Shown: in pieces, positions 15,001 through 27,005 of the stretch
How positions within the stretch are numbered: position 1 is the stretch's first letter
How the letters are laid out: each line of letters starts with the position of its first letter
Source: Candidatus Marinacidobacterium sp.
GTDB lineage: Bacteria > Acidobacteriota > Vicinamibacteria > Marinacidobacterales > Marinacidobacteraceae
Direction of reading: 5' to 3'
NCBI GenBank assembly: GCA_965204755.1
Contig: OZ242011.1
Coordinates: 512,001 to 576,000, forward strand
Length of the DNA: 64,000 nucleotides
Position numbers and translations under genes: made by a program
Notes under the pieces: model-generated
The model's database searches: none
Seen by the model: the letters and a program-made list of their open reading frames with translations, nothing else
What the model was told of the DNA's origin: nothing

Positions 15001-18000
15001 AAATTCCTGACGATCGCCCGGGTCATGTGCGGGCCGACCACATCCGACCCGCTCCCGTTCACCACATAGTCGCGGTGGTCGGTGATGGTGTGTTCCGCGG
15101 GGATCCGCAGGTCGGCCGCCTGGCGGGCGCTCCCCTGGATGGAGCCGCCGTTCAGGTTCAGGGCGGATGCCCCGATGCTGACTCCGTTCGAGTCGGCGTC
15201 CGCCGACTGCACCGTGTAGGAGAAAATCAGGTAGGCGACCCCCGACGCCGAACTGTCGTAGGCGGCCTGCCTCGTATCGGCGCCGATGGTGAGCGCCAAC
15301 TGCGGCGCGCCCAAGACATGGATCGCCGAGTCGAATCCCACTTCCACCCGGATCACATCGCCGGCGATGAAGGAGGGGCCCGCCCCCTGGGCGGCCCCTC
15401 GCCCGGTCAGCTGTACATCGTTTACCACCGGGGCCGCCGGGGCGGCGCCGTTCACGACGAAGTCGGCGGCGTCGGCGACGGCGTGGGTCCCGAGGGCCAG
15501 CGCGGCGGCGTTGCCCGCGCCGTCGGCCATCGTCCCGCCGTTCAGGGTGAGCGCGGAGGCGCCGACGGCGATGCCGTTCGCGTCCCGGTCGGCGCTCACC
15601 ACCGGGTAGCGGAACGCCAGCGAGGTCGTCCCGCTGCCGGAGGCGTAGTCCGCCTGGCGGGTGTTCGCGCCGACGGTGAGCGCCACCTGCGGGGTCCCGG
15701 TAACCGTTACCCGCTCGTTGAACTCGATCGTCACCGTTACCGCGTCCCCGGCGCGGAAGATCCCGTTGCCGCCGGAACCCCTCCCCGAAAGCGTTACCCC
15801 GGTAACCCTCGGGTTGGAGGTGTCCGTCAGGGATCCGTCCACGATGATGTCGGGGTCGTCGGTTACGGCGTGGTCGGCCAGCGCGTTCTCCAGGGTGACG
15901 GAGGTGTGCCGCCGGTTCCCGGCGTCGGCGATCGTCCCGCCGTTCAGCGAGAGCGCCGAGGCGCCCACGCCGATCCCGTTCACATCGGAGTCGGAGGCGA
16001 CCACGGTGTAGCGGAACACCAGCGAGGTCGTCCCGCTGCCGGAGGAGTAGTTCGCCTGCCGGGTGGTCGCCCCGATCACCAGCGCCAACTGCGGCGTCCC
16101 GGTAACCGTCGCCGCCTCGTGGAACTCGAGGGTGGCCACGATCTCGTCGTCGGGGATGAACACCCCGCCCGGGCCTTGCGCGTCCCCGGAGAGGGTGAGC
16201 CCGGTAACCGCCGGGGGCCGCCGGTCGCTCCGGGCGCCGAAGCTGATTAAGAAACCGCGGTATTGCGACCGCACATGCGTTCCCAAACCCAGCGCAGCGT
16301 CGTTCTCCGCGTCGTCCTCGATCGTCCCGCCGTTCAGGGTCAGCGCCGAAGGGCCGATGCCGATCCCGTTCTGGTCCAAGTCCGAGGAGCCCACGGTGTA
16401 ACGGAACTCCAAGGTCGTCGTCCCGCTGCCGGAGGAATAGGCCGCCTGCCTGGTCCCGTTCTGGAGGGTGAGCGCCACCTGCGGCGTTCCGGTAACGGTT
16501 ACCGGTTCGTCGAACTCGACCTCGACGACGATCACATCCCCCTGGGTGAAGGTGCCGCCTTCCTCGCTTGCCTCCCCGATTCCCGAGACCGTTACCCCGA
16601 CCACCGTCGGCGCCCGGGCGTCGGTCCCGTCCCCGTCCACCACGATCTCCCCGTCGGTGATCGCGTGGACGCCCAGCCCCAGGGCGGCGGCGTGGTTCCC
16701 CCGGTCGCGGATCGTCCCCCCGTTCAGGGAGAGCGCCCCGGTCCCGACGCTCACCCCGTTCGCGTCGTCGTCCCCGGAGGCCACCGTATAGACGAACTGG
16801 TGGGTCCGGCGGCGGCCGGTGGCGCTGACCCAGGCGGCGTACCGGGTGGCGGTCCCCACGGTGAGCGCCAACCGGGGCGACCCGGTTACCGCCACCGCTT
16901 CCGAGAAGGTTACGGTCGCCCGGATGCGGTCGCCGGCGATGAGCGCCCCGGCGGCGCCGTTCCCCGGCCCGTCGGACGCCAGCGTCAGCCCGGTTACCGC
17001 CGCCGCCCGGGCGTCGGCGCCGTCGCCGTCCACCACCTTCGGGCCGACGGGCGTATACCCGCCGGGGTCCCGCAGGTTGTTCACGCCCCGGTCGACGAGC
17101 CGCCCGCCGTGCAGCGCGAACTTCGGGCTGCCCAGCGACAGGGAGGTCGTCGCGTCCGCGGTCTGCACCTCGTAGCGGAACCGGAGCGCGGTGGTCTCGT
17201 CGCCGGAGGCATAGTCGGCATAGCGGACGCCGCCGAGGTCGAGCACGAGTTGCGGGTCGCGCTCGAGCCGATCGACGAAGATCGGCTGCGAAGTCCGCAC
17301 GACGAACTCGATCACATCCCCGGCGATGAAGGCGCCCCTCGCCCCGTTGGCCCGGCCGCCCCAGGTGATGCCGACGATGTCCGGCGGGAACGCGTCCCCC
17401 GCGTCGCCGTCCAACACGAAACGGGAGTCGTCGGTAACCGCGTGGCGCCCCAGGTCGAGCGTGCCGGCGTTGCCGGCGCGGTCGGCGATCGTCGCGCCCA
17501 CGAGGTCGTGCCCCGTGGCCGTGACGCTGATCCCGTTCGCGTCCTCGCTGCGGTAGTAACCCACATTGAAATGAAAGACCAGCGCCCTCGTCCCGCTGCC
17601 CGAGTTGTACACCGCCCAAGCGGTACTCGTGCCGACCCCGACATTGAGCCGCGGCCGTCCGGTTACCACCGCCTCTTCGTTGAACTCGACGGTGATCCGG
17701 ATCCGGTCCCGATCGACATAGACCCCGTTCGCGCCCTGCGGCGCCGGCGGGACCGGCGCCAGCGACACGCCGACCACCTGCGGGCCGGCGGCGTCCGCCC
17801 CCCGGCCGTTCACCGCGAAGTCCGCGTCGTTCGTTACCGCGTGGGCCCCGAGGCCGAGCGCCGCGTCGTTGTCCGCGGCGTCCTTCATCGTCCCGCCGTT
17901 CAGCCCGAGCGCCGAAGCGCCGACGCTGATCCCGTCCGCGTCGGCGTCCGCCCAGGCCACCCGGTAGCGGAACGACAGGGAAGTCGTCCCGCTGCCGGAG

Positions 18001-21000
18001 ACATAGTTCGCGTAGCGGGTCCTCGTCCCCACCGCGAGCGCCGCCCGCGGCGTCCCGGTAACGGTTACCGGCTCGCGGAAGGCGACGGTTACCGTGAGGT
18101 CGTCGCCGGCGATGAACACGCCGTCCGCGCCGTTCCCGGTCCCGGAGAGCGTTACCCCGGTAACCGTCGGCCCGCCGGTGTCCGTCCCGCTCCCGGTTAC
18201 CACGAAGTCCGCGTCGTCGGTAACGGTATGCGTCCCGAAAGTGAGCGTGGCGGCGTTGCCCGCGGCGTCGGCGATCGTCCCGCCGGCCAGCGCCAGCCCG
18301 GCGGTGTCCACGGTTACCCCGTTCGCGTCCGCGTCCGTCGAGACCACCGCGTACTCGAACACCGGGGTCGTCGTCCCGCTGCCGGAGGCGTAGCCCGCGT
18401 CCCGGCTCGCGATGCCGATGGTGAGCCTCGCGATGGGCGTCCCGGTAACGGTTACCGGTTCGTCGTACTCGACCACCACCCCGAGCCGGTCGCCGGCGAT
18501 GAACGCGCCGCTCGCGCCGGTCCCGGTCCCGGAGAGCCGGAGGCCGGTTACCCTCGGGGCGCGGCCGTCGGAGGCGTCCCCGTCCACCCGGAAGAGGTTG
18601 TCGTTGGTCACCGCCCGCGTCCCGAGGCCGAGCGCCGCGGCGTTGCCGGCGCGGTCGGCGATCGTCCCGCCGTTCAGCGTGAGCGCCGAGGCCCCGACGC
18701 TGACCCCGTCGGTGTCCTCGTCCGCCGCGGCAACGGTGTAGCGGAACACCGTCGAGTTCGCCCCGCGCGAGACATAGGCCGCCTGGCGGGTCGCGGCCCC
18801 GATGGTGAGGGCGACCTGCGGCGTCCCGGTTACGAGGACCGTCTCGTTGAATTCCACCCTTACTTCGATCCGGTCCCCGGCGATGAAGGCGCCGTCGGCC
18901 TTGTTCCCGCGTCCGGACAGCGTTACCGCCTGCACCGTCGGGCCGGCGGTGTCCGCCGCCGCGTTCCCGCTCACCGTGAAGTCGGCGTCGTCGGTTACGG
19001 CGTGGGTTCCGAGGCCGAGCGCCGCGTTGTTGCCGGCGGCGTCGCGGATCGTCCCGCCGTTCAGCGCGAGCGCCGAGGCCCCGACGCTGATGCCGTCGGG
19101 GTCGGCGTCCGTGGAGACCGGGGTGTAGCGGAAGACCAGCGAGGCGCTGCCGCTGCCCGAGGCGTAGGCGGCCTGGCGGGGCGTCGTCCCGATGGTGAGG
19201 GCCACCTGCGGCGTCCCGACGACGGTTACCGTCTCGCTGAACGCGACGGTGGCCTCGATGGCGTCCCCGGCGATGAAGACGCCGTTCGCGCCCCGGGGCG
19301 TCCCGGACAGCGTGAGGCCGGCGACCGTCGGGGCGATGACTTCCGTCCCGTCGCCGTCCACCGTGAAGTCGGAGTCGTCGGCGATGGCGTGGGTTCCCAG
19401 GGCGAGCGCGGCGTTGTTGCCGGCGGCGTCGGCGATCGTCCCGCCGTTCAGCGCGAGCGCGGAGGCGCCGACGGCGACCCCGTTCGCGTCGTGGTCCGCG
19501 GTAACCACCAGGTAGCGGAACGAGAGCGAGGCGGCGCCGTGGCCGAAGGCGTAGGCGGCCTGCTTCGTCCCGGCGCCGACGGTGAGGGCGACCTGCGGCA
19601 TCCCGGTGATCCGGACCGTTTCGCTGAAGGCGACGGTTACGGTGAGGGCGTCGCCGGCGATGAAAGCGCCGCTCGCGCCGCTCCCGGCGCCGGAGAGGGT
19701 GACCCCGGTAACCGTCGGCGCCACGGCGTCGGCGGCGGGGCCGTCCACGATGAAGGCCGCGTCGCGGGCGATCGCGTGGGTCCCCAGGGCGAGCGCGGCG
19801 TTGTTGCCGGCGGCGTCGGCGATCGAGCCGCCGTTCAGCGCGAGCGCGGAAGCGCCGACGCCGATCCCGTCCGGGTCGGTGTCCCCGTCGGCCACGAGGT
19901 AGCGGAAAGTCGGCGAAGCGGTCCCGCTGCCGGAGGCGTAGTCCGCCTGCTTCGTCGCGCCGCCGATGGTGAGGGCCACCTGCGGGGTCCCGGCGACCGT
20001 TACCGGCTCGTCGAAGGAGACGGTTACGGAGATGGCGTCCCCGGCGATGAAGACGCCGTTCGCGCCGATCCCGGTCCCAGAGAGCGCCAGGCCGGTTACC
20101 CGGGGGCCGACGGCGTCGGTCCCGCCCCCGGTAACCCTGAAGTTCGCGTCGTCGGCGAGCGCGTGGGTTCCGAGGCCGAGGGCGGCGTCGTTGTTCGCGC
20201 CGTCCTTGATCGTCCCGTTGTTCAGCGTGAGCGCGGAAGCGCCGACGGCGACCCCGTTCGCGTCGGTGTCCCCGGAGGCCACGGTGTAGCGGAAGACCAG
20301 CGAGATCGTGCCGCTGCCGGAGGCGTAGGCGGCCTGGCGGGGGTTCGCGCCGACGGTGAGCGCGACCTGCGGGGCGCCGGTAACGGTTACCGACTCGCTG
20401 AAGTCAACGGTTACCGCGATCACATCGCCGGCGATGAAGGCGCCGCTCGCGCCCTGCCCGGTCCCGGAGAGGGTTACGCCGGCGACGGTCGGCGCTACGG
20501 TGTCCGAGGCGCTCCCGTCCACCACCGCGTCGCCGTCGGTGACGGCGTGGGAGCCGAGGCCGAGCGCCGCGTCGTTGTCCGCGGCGTCCTCTATCGTCCC
20601 GCCGTTCAGGGCGAGGGCCGTAGCGCCGATGCTCAGGCCGTTTGCGTCGGTGTCCGCCGCGGCCACGGTGTAGCGGAACACCAGCGAAGTCGTCCCGCTG
20701 CCGGAGGCGTAGTCGGCCTGGCGGGTGGCCGCGCCGATCGTGAGCGCGAGGCGGGGCGTCCCGGTGACGATCGCGGGTTCGCTGAACTCGACGGTTACCT
20801 CGATCGTGTCGCCGGCGATGAAGACGCCGTTCGCGCCGTGGGCTTCGCCGCCGACGGTTACGCCGGTTACCGCCGGCCCGGAGGAGTCCACCCCGCCGCC
20901 GTCCACCTTGAAGTCGGCGGCGCTGCTGACGGCGTGGCTGCCGAGGCCGAGCGACGCGTTGCGGTTCGAGCCGTCGCGGATCGTCCCGCCGTTCAGGGTG

Positions 21001-24000
21001 AGCGCCGAGGCGCCGATGTCGATCCCGTCGGTATCGGCGTCGGTGGCCACCACGGTGTAGCGGAACCGCAGCGAAGCGGTCCCGCTGCCGGAGACATACG
21101 CGGCCTGGCGGGTCGCGGTCCCGACCATGAAGGCCAGTTGCGGGGCGCCGACGACCGTTACCGTTTCGTGGAACTCGACGGCCGCCTCGATGGCGTCCCC
21201 GCCGATGAAGACGCCTTCCGCGCCCATCCCGCTCCCGGAGAGCGAGAGGCCGATCACCTTCGGGCCGACGATGTCGGAGTTGCCGCCGCTGACCCGCCAG
21301 TCGCTCTGGCTGACCGCGTGCGATCCCAGGTCGAGGATCGCGTTGTTGTTCGCGGCGTCCCGGATGGTCCCGCCGTTCAGGGTCAGCGCCGAGGCCCCGA
21401 CATCGTACCCGAAGGGTTCGGAGTCCGAGGACTGCACGGTGTAGGTGAAACGCAGCGAGGCCGTCCCGCTGCCGGAGACATAGTCGGCCTGACGGGTCCC
21501 CGACTGGATGCCGAGCGCCAGTTGCGGGGTCCCGACAACGGTTACCGGTTCGCTGAAGGTGACCGTCGCCACGATCAGGTCGCCGGCGATGAAGATGACC
21601 GCGCCGCCGTTCGGGACTCCGCCGAGCGTGAGGCCGGTTACCGTCGGGCGGACCGCTTCCGAGGCGGCGCCGTTCACCGCTTGGTCCCCGTCGGTGATGA
21701 CATGGGCGGCGAGGCCGAGCGTCGCGTCGTTGTTCGCGGCGTCCTCGATCTCCCCGGAGTTCAGGGTGAGCGCCGAAGCGCCGATGCTGATCCCGTTCGC
21801 GTCCACATCGGCGGCGACCACGGTGTAGCGGAAGACCAGCGAAGCGGTCCCGCTGCCGGAGGCGTAGTCGGCCTGCCTGTCGGTCGCCCCGATGGTGAGG
21901 GCGACCTGCGGCGTTCCGGTAACCGTTACCGGCTCGCTGAAGGCGACGGTTACTTCGAGGACATCGTCGGCGATGAAGACGCCGCCCGAGCCGCGCCCGG
22001 TCCCGGAGACGGTTACCCCGGTTACCGTCGGCGCGGTGGCGTCGGCGGCGCTCCCGTTCACCTCGAAGTCGGCGTCGTCGCCGAGGGCGTGGGTCCCGAG
22101 GCCGAGGGTGGCGTTGTTGTTCGCGCTGTCCCGGATCGTCCCGCCGTTCAGGGTGAGCGCCGTAGCGCCGACGGAGACGCCGTTCGCGTCGGTGTCGGCG
22201 GCGACGACCGTGTAGCGGAAGACCAGGGAGGTCGTCCCGCTGCCGGAGGCGTAGTCGGCCTGCTTGTCGGTCGTCCCGATGGTGAGCGCCAACTGCGGCG
22301 TCCCGTTTACCGTCGCGGCCTCGTTGAAGGTAACGGTCGCCTCGATCTCGTCCCCGGCGACGAAGACGCCGCCCGCGCCCTGCCCGGTCCCCGAGAGCGA
22401 GACCCCGGTAACCACCGGCCCGGTGGCGTCCGCGCCGCCGCCGGCGACCGTGAAGTCGCTGTCGTCGCCGAGGGCGTGGGTTCCGAGGTCGAGCGCGGCG
22501 GGGTTGTTCGCGGCGTCGCGGATCGTCCCGGAGTTCAGGGTGAGCGCCGAGGCGGCGACGGAGACGCCGTTCGCGTCGGTATCGCCGCTGACCACGGTGT
22601 AGCGGAAGACCAGCGACTTCGTGCCGCTGCCGGAGGCGTAGGCGGCCTGGCGGGTGTTCGCGCCGACGGTGAGGGCCACCTGCGGCGTCCCGACGACCGT
22701 CGCCGCCTCGTGGAACTCGACGGTTACCGCGAGGATGTCCCCGGCGATGAAGACGCCGCTCGCGCCCATGCCGGTCCCCGACAGCGAGACCCCGGTTACG
22801 GCAGGGCCGCGATTGTCGGCGGCGTTCCCGTCCACCCGGAAGTCGGCGGCGTCGGTTACGGCGCGCGTCCCGAGGTCGAGCGCGGCGTTGTTGTTCGCGG
22901 CGTCGCGGATCATCCCGCCGTTCAGGGTGAGCGCGTCGGCGGCGACGGAGAGCCCGTTCGGGTCGGTGTCGCCGGCGGCCACGGTGTAGCGGAAGACCAG
23001 GGAGGTCGTCCCGCTGCCGGAGACATAACCGGCCTGCCGGGTCGCCGCGCCGATGGTGAGCGCCAGGCGCGGCGCCCCGGTAACCGTCGCCGGCTCGTTG
23101 AACTCCACCGTCGCCGTGATGACATCCCCGGCGATGAAGATGCCGCCGGCCCGGTTCCCGATTCCCGACAGGGAGACGCCGGACACCCGGGGGCCGGTGG
23201 TGTCGGTCCCGGCGCCGTCCACCTTCAGGTTCCCGTCGTTGGTGAAGGCGTACCTGATGAGGTTGAGCGTCGCGGCGCCGTCGGTGTCGCCGATCGTCCC
23301 GTTGTTCAACCCCAGAGCGTTGCCCGCGATGCTGATCCCGTCGTTGTCGGTGTCGGCCGCGACCACGGTGTAGCGGAAGACCAGGACGGTGGTCCCGCTG
23401 CCGGAGACATAGGAGGCGTACCGGGGGGTCGTCCCGACGGTCATCGCCACCCGCGGCGTCCCGGTAACCGTCGCCGGCTGGGTGAAGGTGAGCCGGACTT
23501 CGATCGCGTCGCCCGCGATGAAGGCGCCGCCCGCGCCCCGGCCGGTCGCCGGGACTTCCATCCCGAAGACCCACGGGGCGCCGGCGTCCCCGTCCACCAC
23601 ATGGTCCCCGTCGGTAACCGTGTACCCGGTGAGGTCGAGGTTCACCCCGAGGCCGCCCGCGGTGATCGTCCCGCCGTTCAACTCGAGCGCCGACGCCCCG
23701 ATGCTGAGGCCGTTCGCGTCCTCGTCCGCCACTTGCACGGTGTAGGTGAACCAGACGAAGCCGCCGTGGCTGGAGTAGGTGGCGTAGCGGGTCTCGGTCC
23801 CGATGGTGAGCGCCAGCCGCGGCGTCCCGGTTACCGCGTACGGCGTACGATTGAATGTGAGGAGGACCCGGAGTTCGTCGCCGGAGGTCAGGACGCCGCC
23901 CGGGCCGCTGGCGCCCGAGGAAAAGTTCAGCGAGGCAACCGTCGGCGCGGCCGCCGACGCCGCGGCGCTCCCGTTCACCGTGAAGTCGGAGTCGTCGGTT

Positions 24001-27000
24001 ACGGCGTGGGTCCCGAGGTCGAGCGCCGCGTCGTTGGCGCTGTCGCGGATCGTCCCGCCGTTCAGGGTGAGCGCGGAGGCGGCGACGCTGATGCCGTTCG
24101 CGTCGGTGTCGCCGCTGGCCACCGCGTAGCGGAAGACCAGGGCCGCCGTCCCGCTGCCGGAGGCGTAGGCGGCCTGGCGGGCGGCGCTGCCGACGGTGAG
24201 TTCGACCTGCGGCGTCCCGGTAACCGTTACCGCTTCGTGGAAGGTGACCGTCGCGGTGATGGGGTCGCCGGCGCGGAAGACGCCGCTCGCGGCCGTCCCG
24301 GTTCCTCCCAGCGAGAAGCCGGTGACCCTCGGGGCGACGATGTCGGCGGCGCTCCCGTTCACCGTGAAGGCGGAGTCGTCGCCGAGGGCGTGGGTTCCGA
24401 GGGCGAGCGTCGCGGTGTTGTTCGCGGCGTCCGCGATCGACCCGCCGTTCAGGGTGAGCGCGGAGGCGCCGACGCTGACGCCGTTCGCGTCCGTGTCGCC
24501 GGAGACCACCGCGTAGCGGAAGACCAGGGCCGTCGTGCCGCTGCCGGAGGCGTAGTCGGCTTGGCGGTCGTTCTCGCCGACGGTGATCGCCAACTGCGGC
24601 GTCCCGCCGACCGTGGCCGCTTCGTTGAAGGTTACGGTCGCCGAGATCTCGTCCCCGGCGACGAAGACGCCGCTCGCGCCCTGCCCGGTCCCGGAGAGGG
24701 TTACCCCGGTTACGACCGGCCCGGTCGCGTCCGTTCCGCCGCCGGTAACCGTGAAGTCGCCGTCGTTGGTCACGGCGTGGGTTCCCAGCGCGAGCGCGGC
24801 GTTGTTGTTCGCGCCGTCGACGATCGTCCCGGTGTTCAGGGCCAGCGCGCCGGCGGCGATGCTGATCCCGTCGGCGTCGGAGTCGGCGGACTGCACGGTG
24901 TAGCGGAAGACCAGCGAGGTCGTCCCGCTGCCGGAGGCGTAGTCGGCCTGCTGCGTCGCCGAGCCGATGGAGAGGGCCACCTGCGGGGTCCCGGTAACCG
25001 TCGCGGCTTCGTGGAACTCGATGGTTACGGTGATGACATCCCCGGCGATGAAGGCGCCGCTCGAGCCCATCCCGCTCCCGGTGAGCGAGACCCCGGTAAC
25101 CGTCGGGCCCACATTGTCCGCGGCGTTCCCGTCCACCTGGAAGAGGGTGTTGTCGGTGATGAGGTGCGTCCCGAGGCCGAGGGTCGCGTTGTTGCTCGCG
25201 GCGTCCGCGATCGTCCCGGTGTTCAGGGCGAGCGCGTCGGCGGCGATGCTGATCCCGTTGGAGTCGGAGTCGCCGGACTGCACGGCGTAGCGGAAGACCA
25301 GGGAAGCCGTCCCGCTGCCGGAGGCGTAGTCGGCCTGCTGCGTCGCCGAGCCGACCGTGAGCGCCACCCGCGGCGTCCCGGTAACGGTTACCGGCTCGCT
25401 GAACTCGACGGTTACCGAGATCACATCCCCGGCGATGTAGATGCCGCCCTGCCGGTTGCCGAATCCGTCCAGCGTTACGCCGGTTACCGTCGGCGCGACG
25501 GTGTCCCGCCCGTCCACCGTGAAGTCCGAGTCGTCGGTAACGGTGTAACTTCCGAGGTCGAGCGTCGCGTCGTTGGCGGTGTCCCGGATCGTCCCGCCGT
25601 TGAGCGCGAGCGCGGAGGCGGCGACGCTGATCCCGTCGGAGTCCCGGTCCGCGGTTACCACGGTGTAGGAGAACACCAGGGAGGCGGTCCCGCTGCCGGA
25701 GGCGTAATCGGCCTGCTTCGGCGTCGAGCCGATGGTCAGCGCGACCTGCGGCATCCCGGTTACGGTTACCGCTTCGCTGAAGGTAACGGTTACCGAGATC
25801 GCGTCGCCGGCGGTGAAGGAGCCGCTCGGGCCGGTCCCGGTTCCCGAGAGCGAGAGGCCGGTAACCGTCGGGGCTACCGCGTCCGCGGCGTTCCCGTTCA
25901 CCGCCGGGCCGGTGTCCGTGATCGCGGTCAGGGTCAGGGTCGCGTCGTTGGCGCTGTCCCGGATCGTCCCGCCGTTCAGCGTGAGCGCCGAGGTCCCCAC
26001 GCTCAGCCCGCCGGTGTCGGAATCCGCGGACGCGACGGTGTAGCGGAACACCAGGGAAGCCGTGCCGCTGCCGGAGGCGTAGTTCGCCTGCTTCGTCGCC
26101 GAGCCGATGGTCAGCGCCAACTGCGGCGTCCCGGTAACGGTTACCGTCTCGCTGAAGGCAACGGTCGCCGCGATCACATCCCCGGCGCGGAAGACCCCGC
26201 CCGCGGCCGTCGCCGTCCCGGAGAAAGTCACCCCGGTAACCGTCGGCGCAACGGCATCCGCCCCGTTCCCGTTGACGATGAAGTTCGCGTCGTTGGTTCT
26301 CGCGTGGGTACCGAGGCCGAGCGCCGCGTCGGTGGCGCCCTGCTTGATGGATCCGCCGTTCAACGACAATTTCGTGACGCTGATCCCGTTGGTGTCCTCG
26401 TCGTTGCCTCCGACGGTGTAACCGAAGACCAGCGAAGTCGAGCCGCTGCCGGAGAGGTAGGACATCTCCCGGTCCGTGGCCTCGCCGACGATGAGTTCCA
26501 GGACCGGCGTTCCGGTAACGGTAACGGCCAGGCTGAAGGTTACGGTCGCGCGGATCTCATCCCCCTGGATGAAGGCGCCGCTCGCGCCCTGCGCGGAACC
26601 GGAGAGGGACAACCCGGCGACCTTGGGTTGGTTGAGGTCCCCGTCCACCACCTTGTCCCCGTTGGTGATCGCGTGGCCGGAGAGACTCAGGTTCGCGTTG
26701 ACGGAGTTGGCGGTGATCGAGCCGCCGTTCAACTCGAGCGCCGACGCGCCGACGCTGACGCCGTCGGAGTCTTCGTCCAGCAACCGCACGTTGTAGGTGA
26801 AGTAGAGGACGCCGCCGCTGACCCGCGAGTAGACGGCGTAGCCCGTCGCGGTCCCGATGCCCAGCGCCACCCGCGGCAAGCCGGTAACGGCGATGAGGGT
26901 GTTGTTGAAGTGGACCTCGACGCCGATGGAGTCGCCGGCGACGAAGACACCGCCGGCGCCGCTGCCGGTCCCGGTCAGCCGCACCTGGTTCACGGTGGGC

Positions 27001-27005
27001 GCGAT
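1..27005. repeat. Intragenic tandem repeat array, period about 387 bp, about 70 diverged units
   Basis: Motifs cggtgtagcggaa, cccgctgccggag, gatcgtcccgccgttcag and cggcgatgaag recur about every 385-390 bp. The count is estimated as 27 kb / 387. Confidence 0.95.

Noticed and set aside
1543-23574. Arg-rich minus-strand ORFs (843, 1084 and 1056 aa)
   Set aside because: Off-frame readings of the adhesin in high-GC DNA.
1-27005. Possible CRISPR array from regularly recurring short motifs
   Set aside because: The period is about 387 bp, the intervening sequence is homologous coding sequence, and no cas genes were seen.
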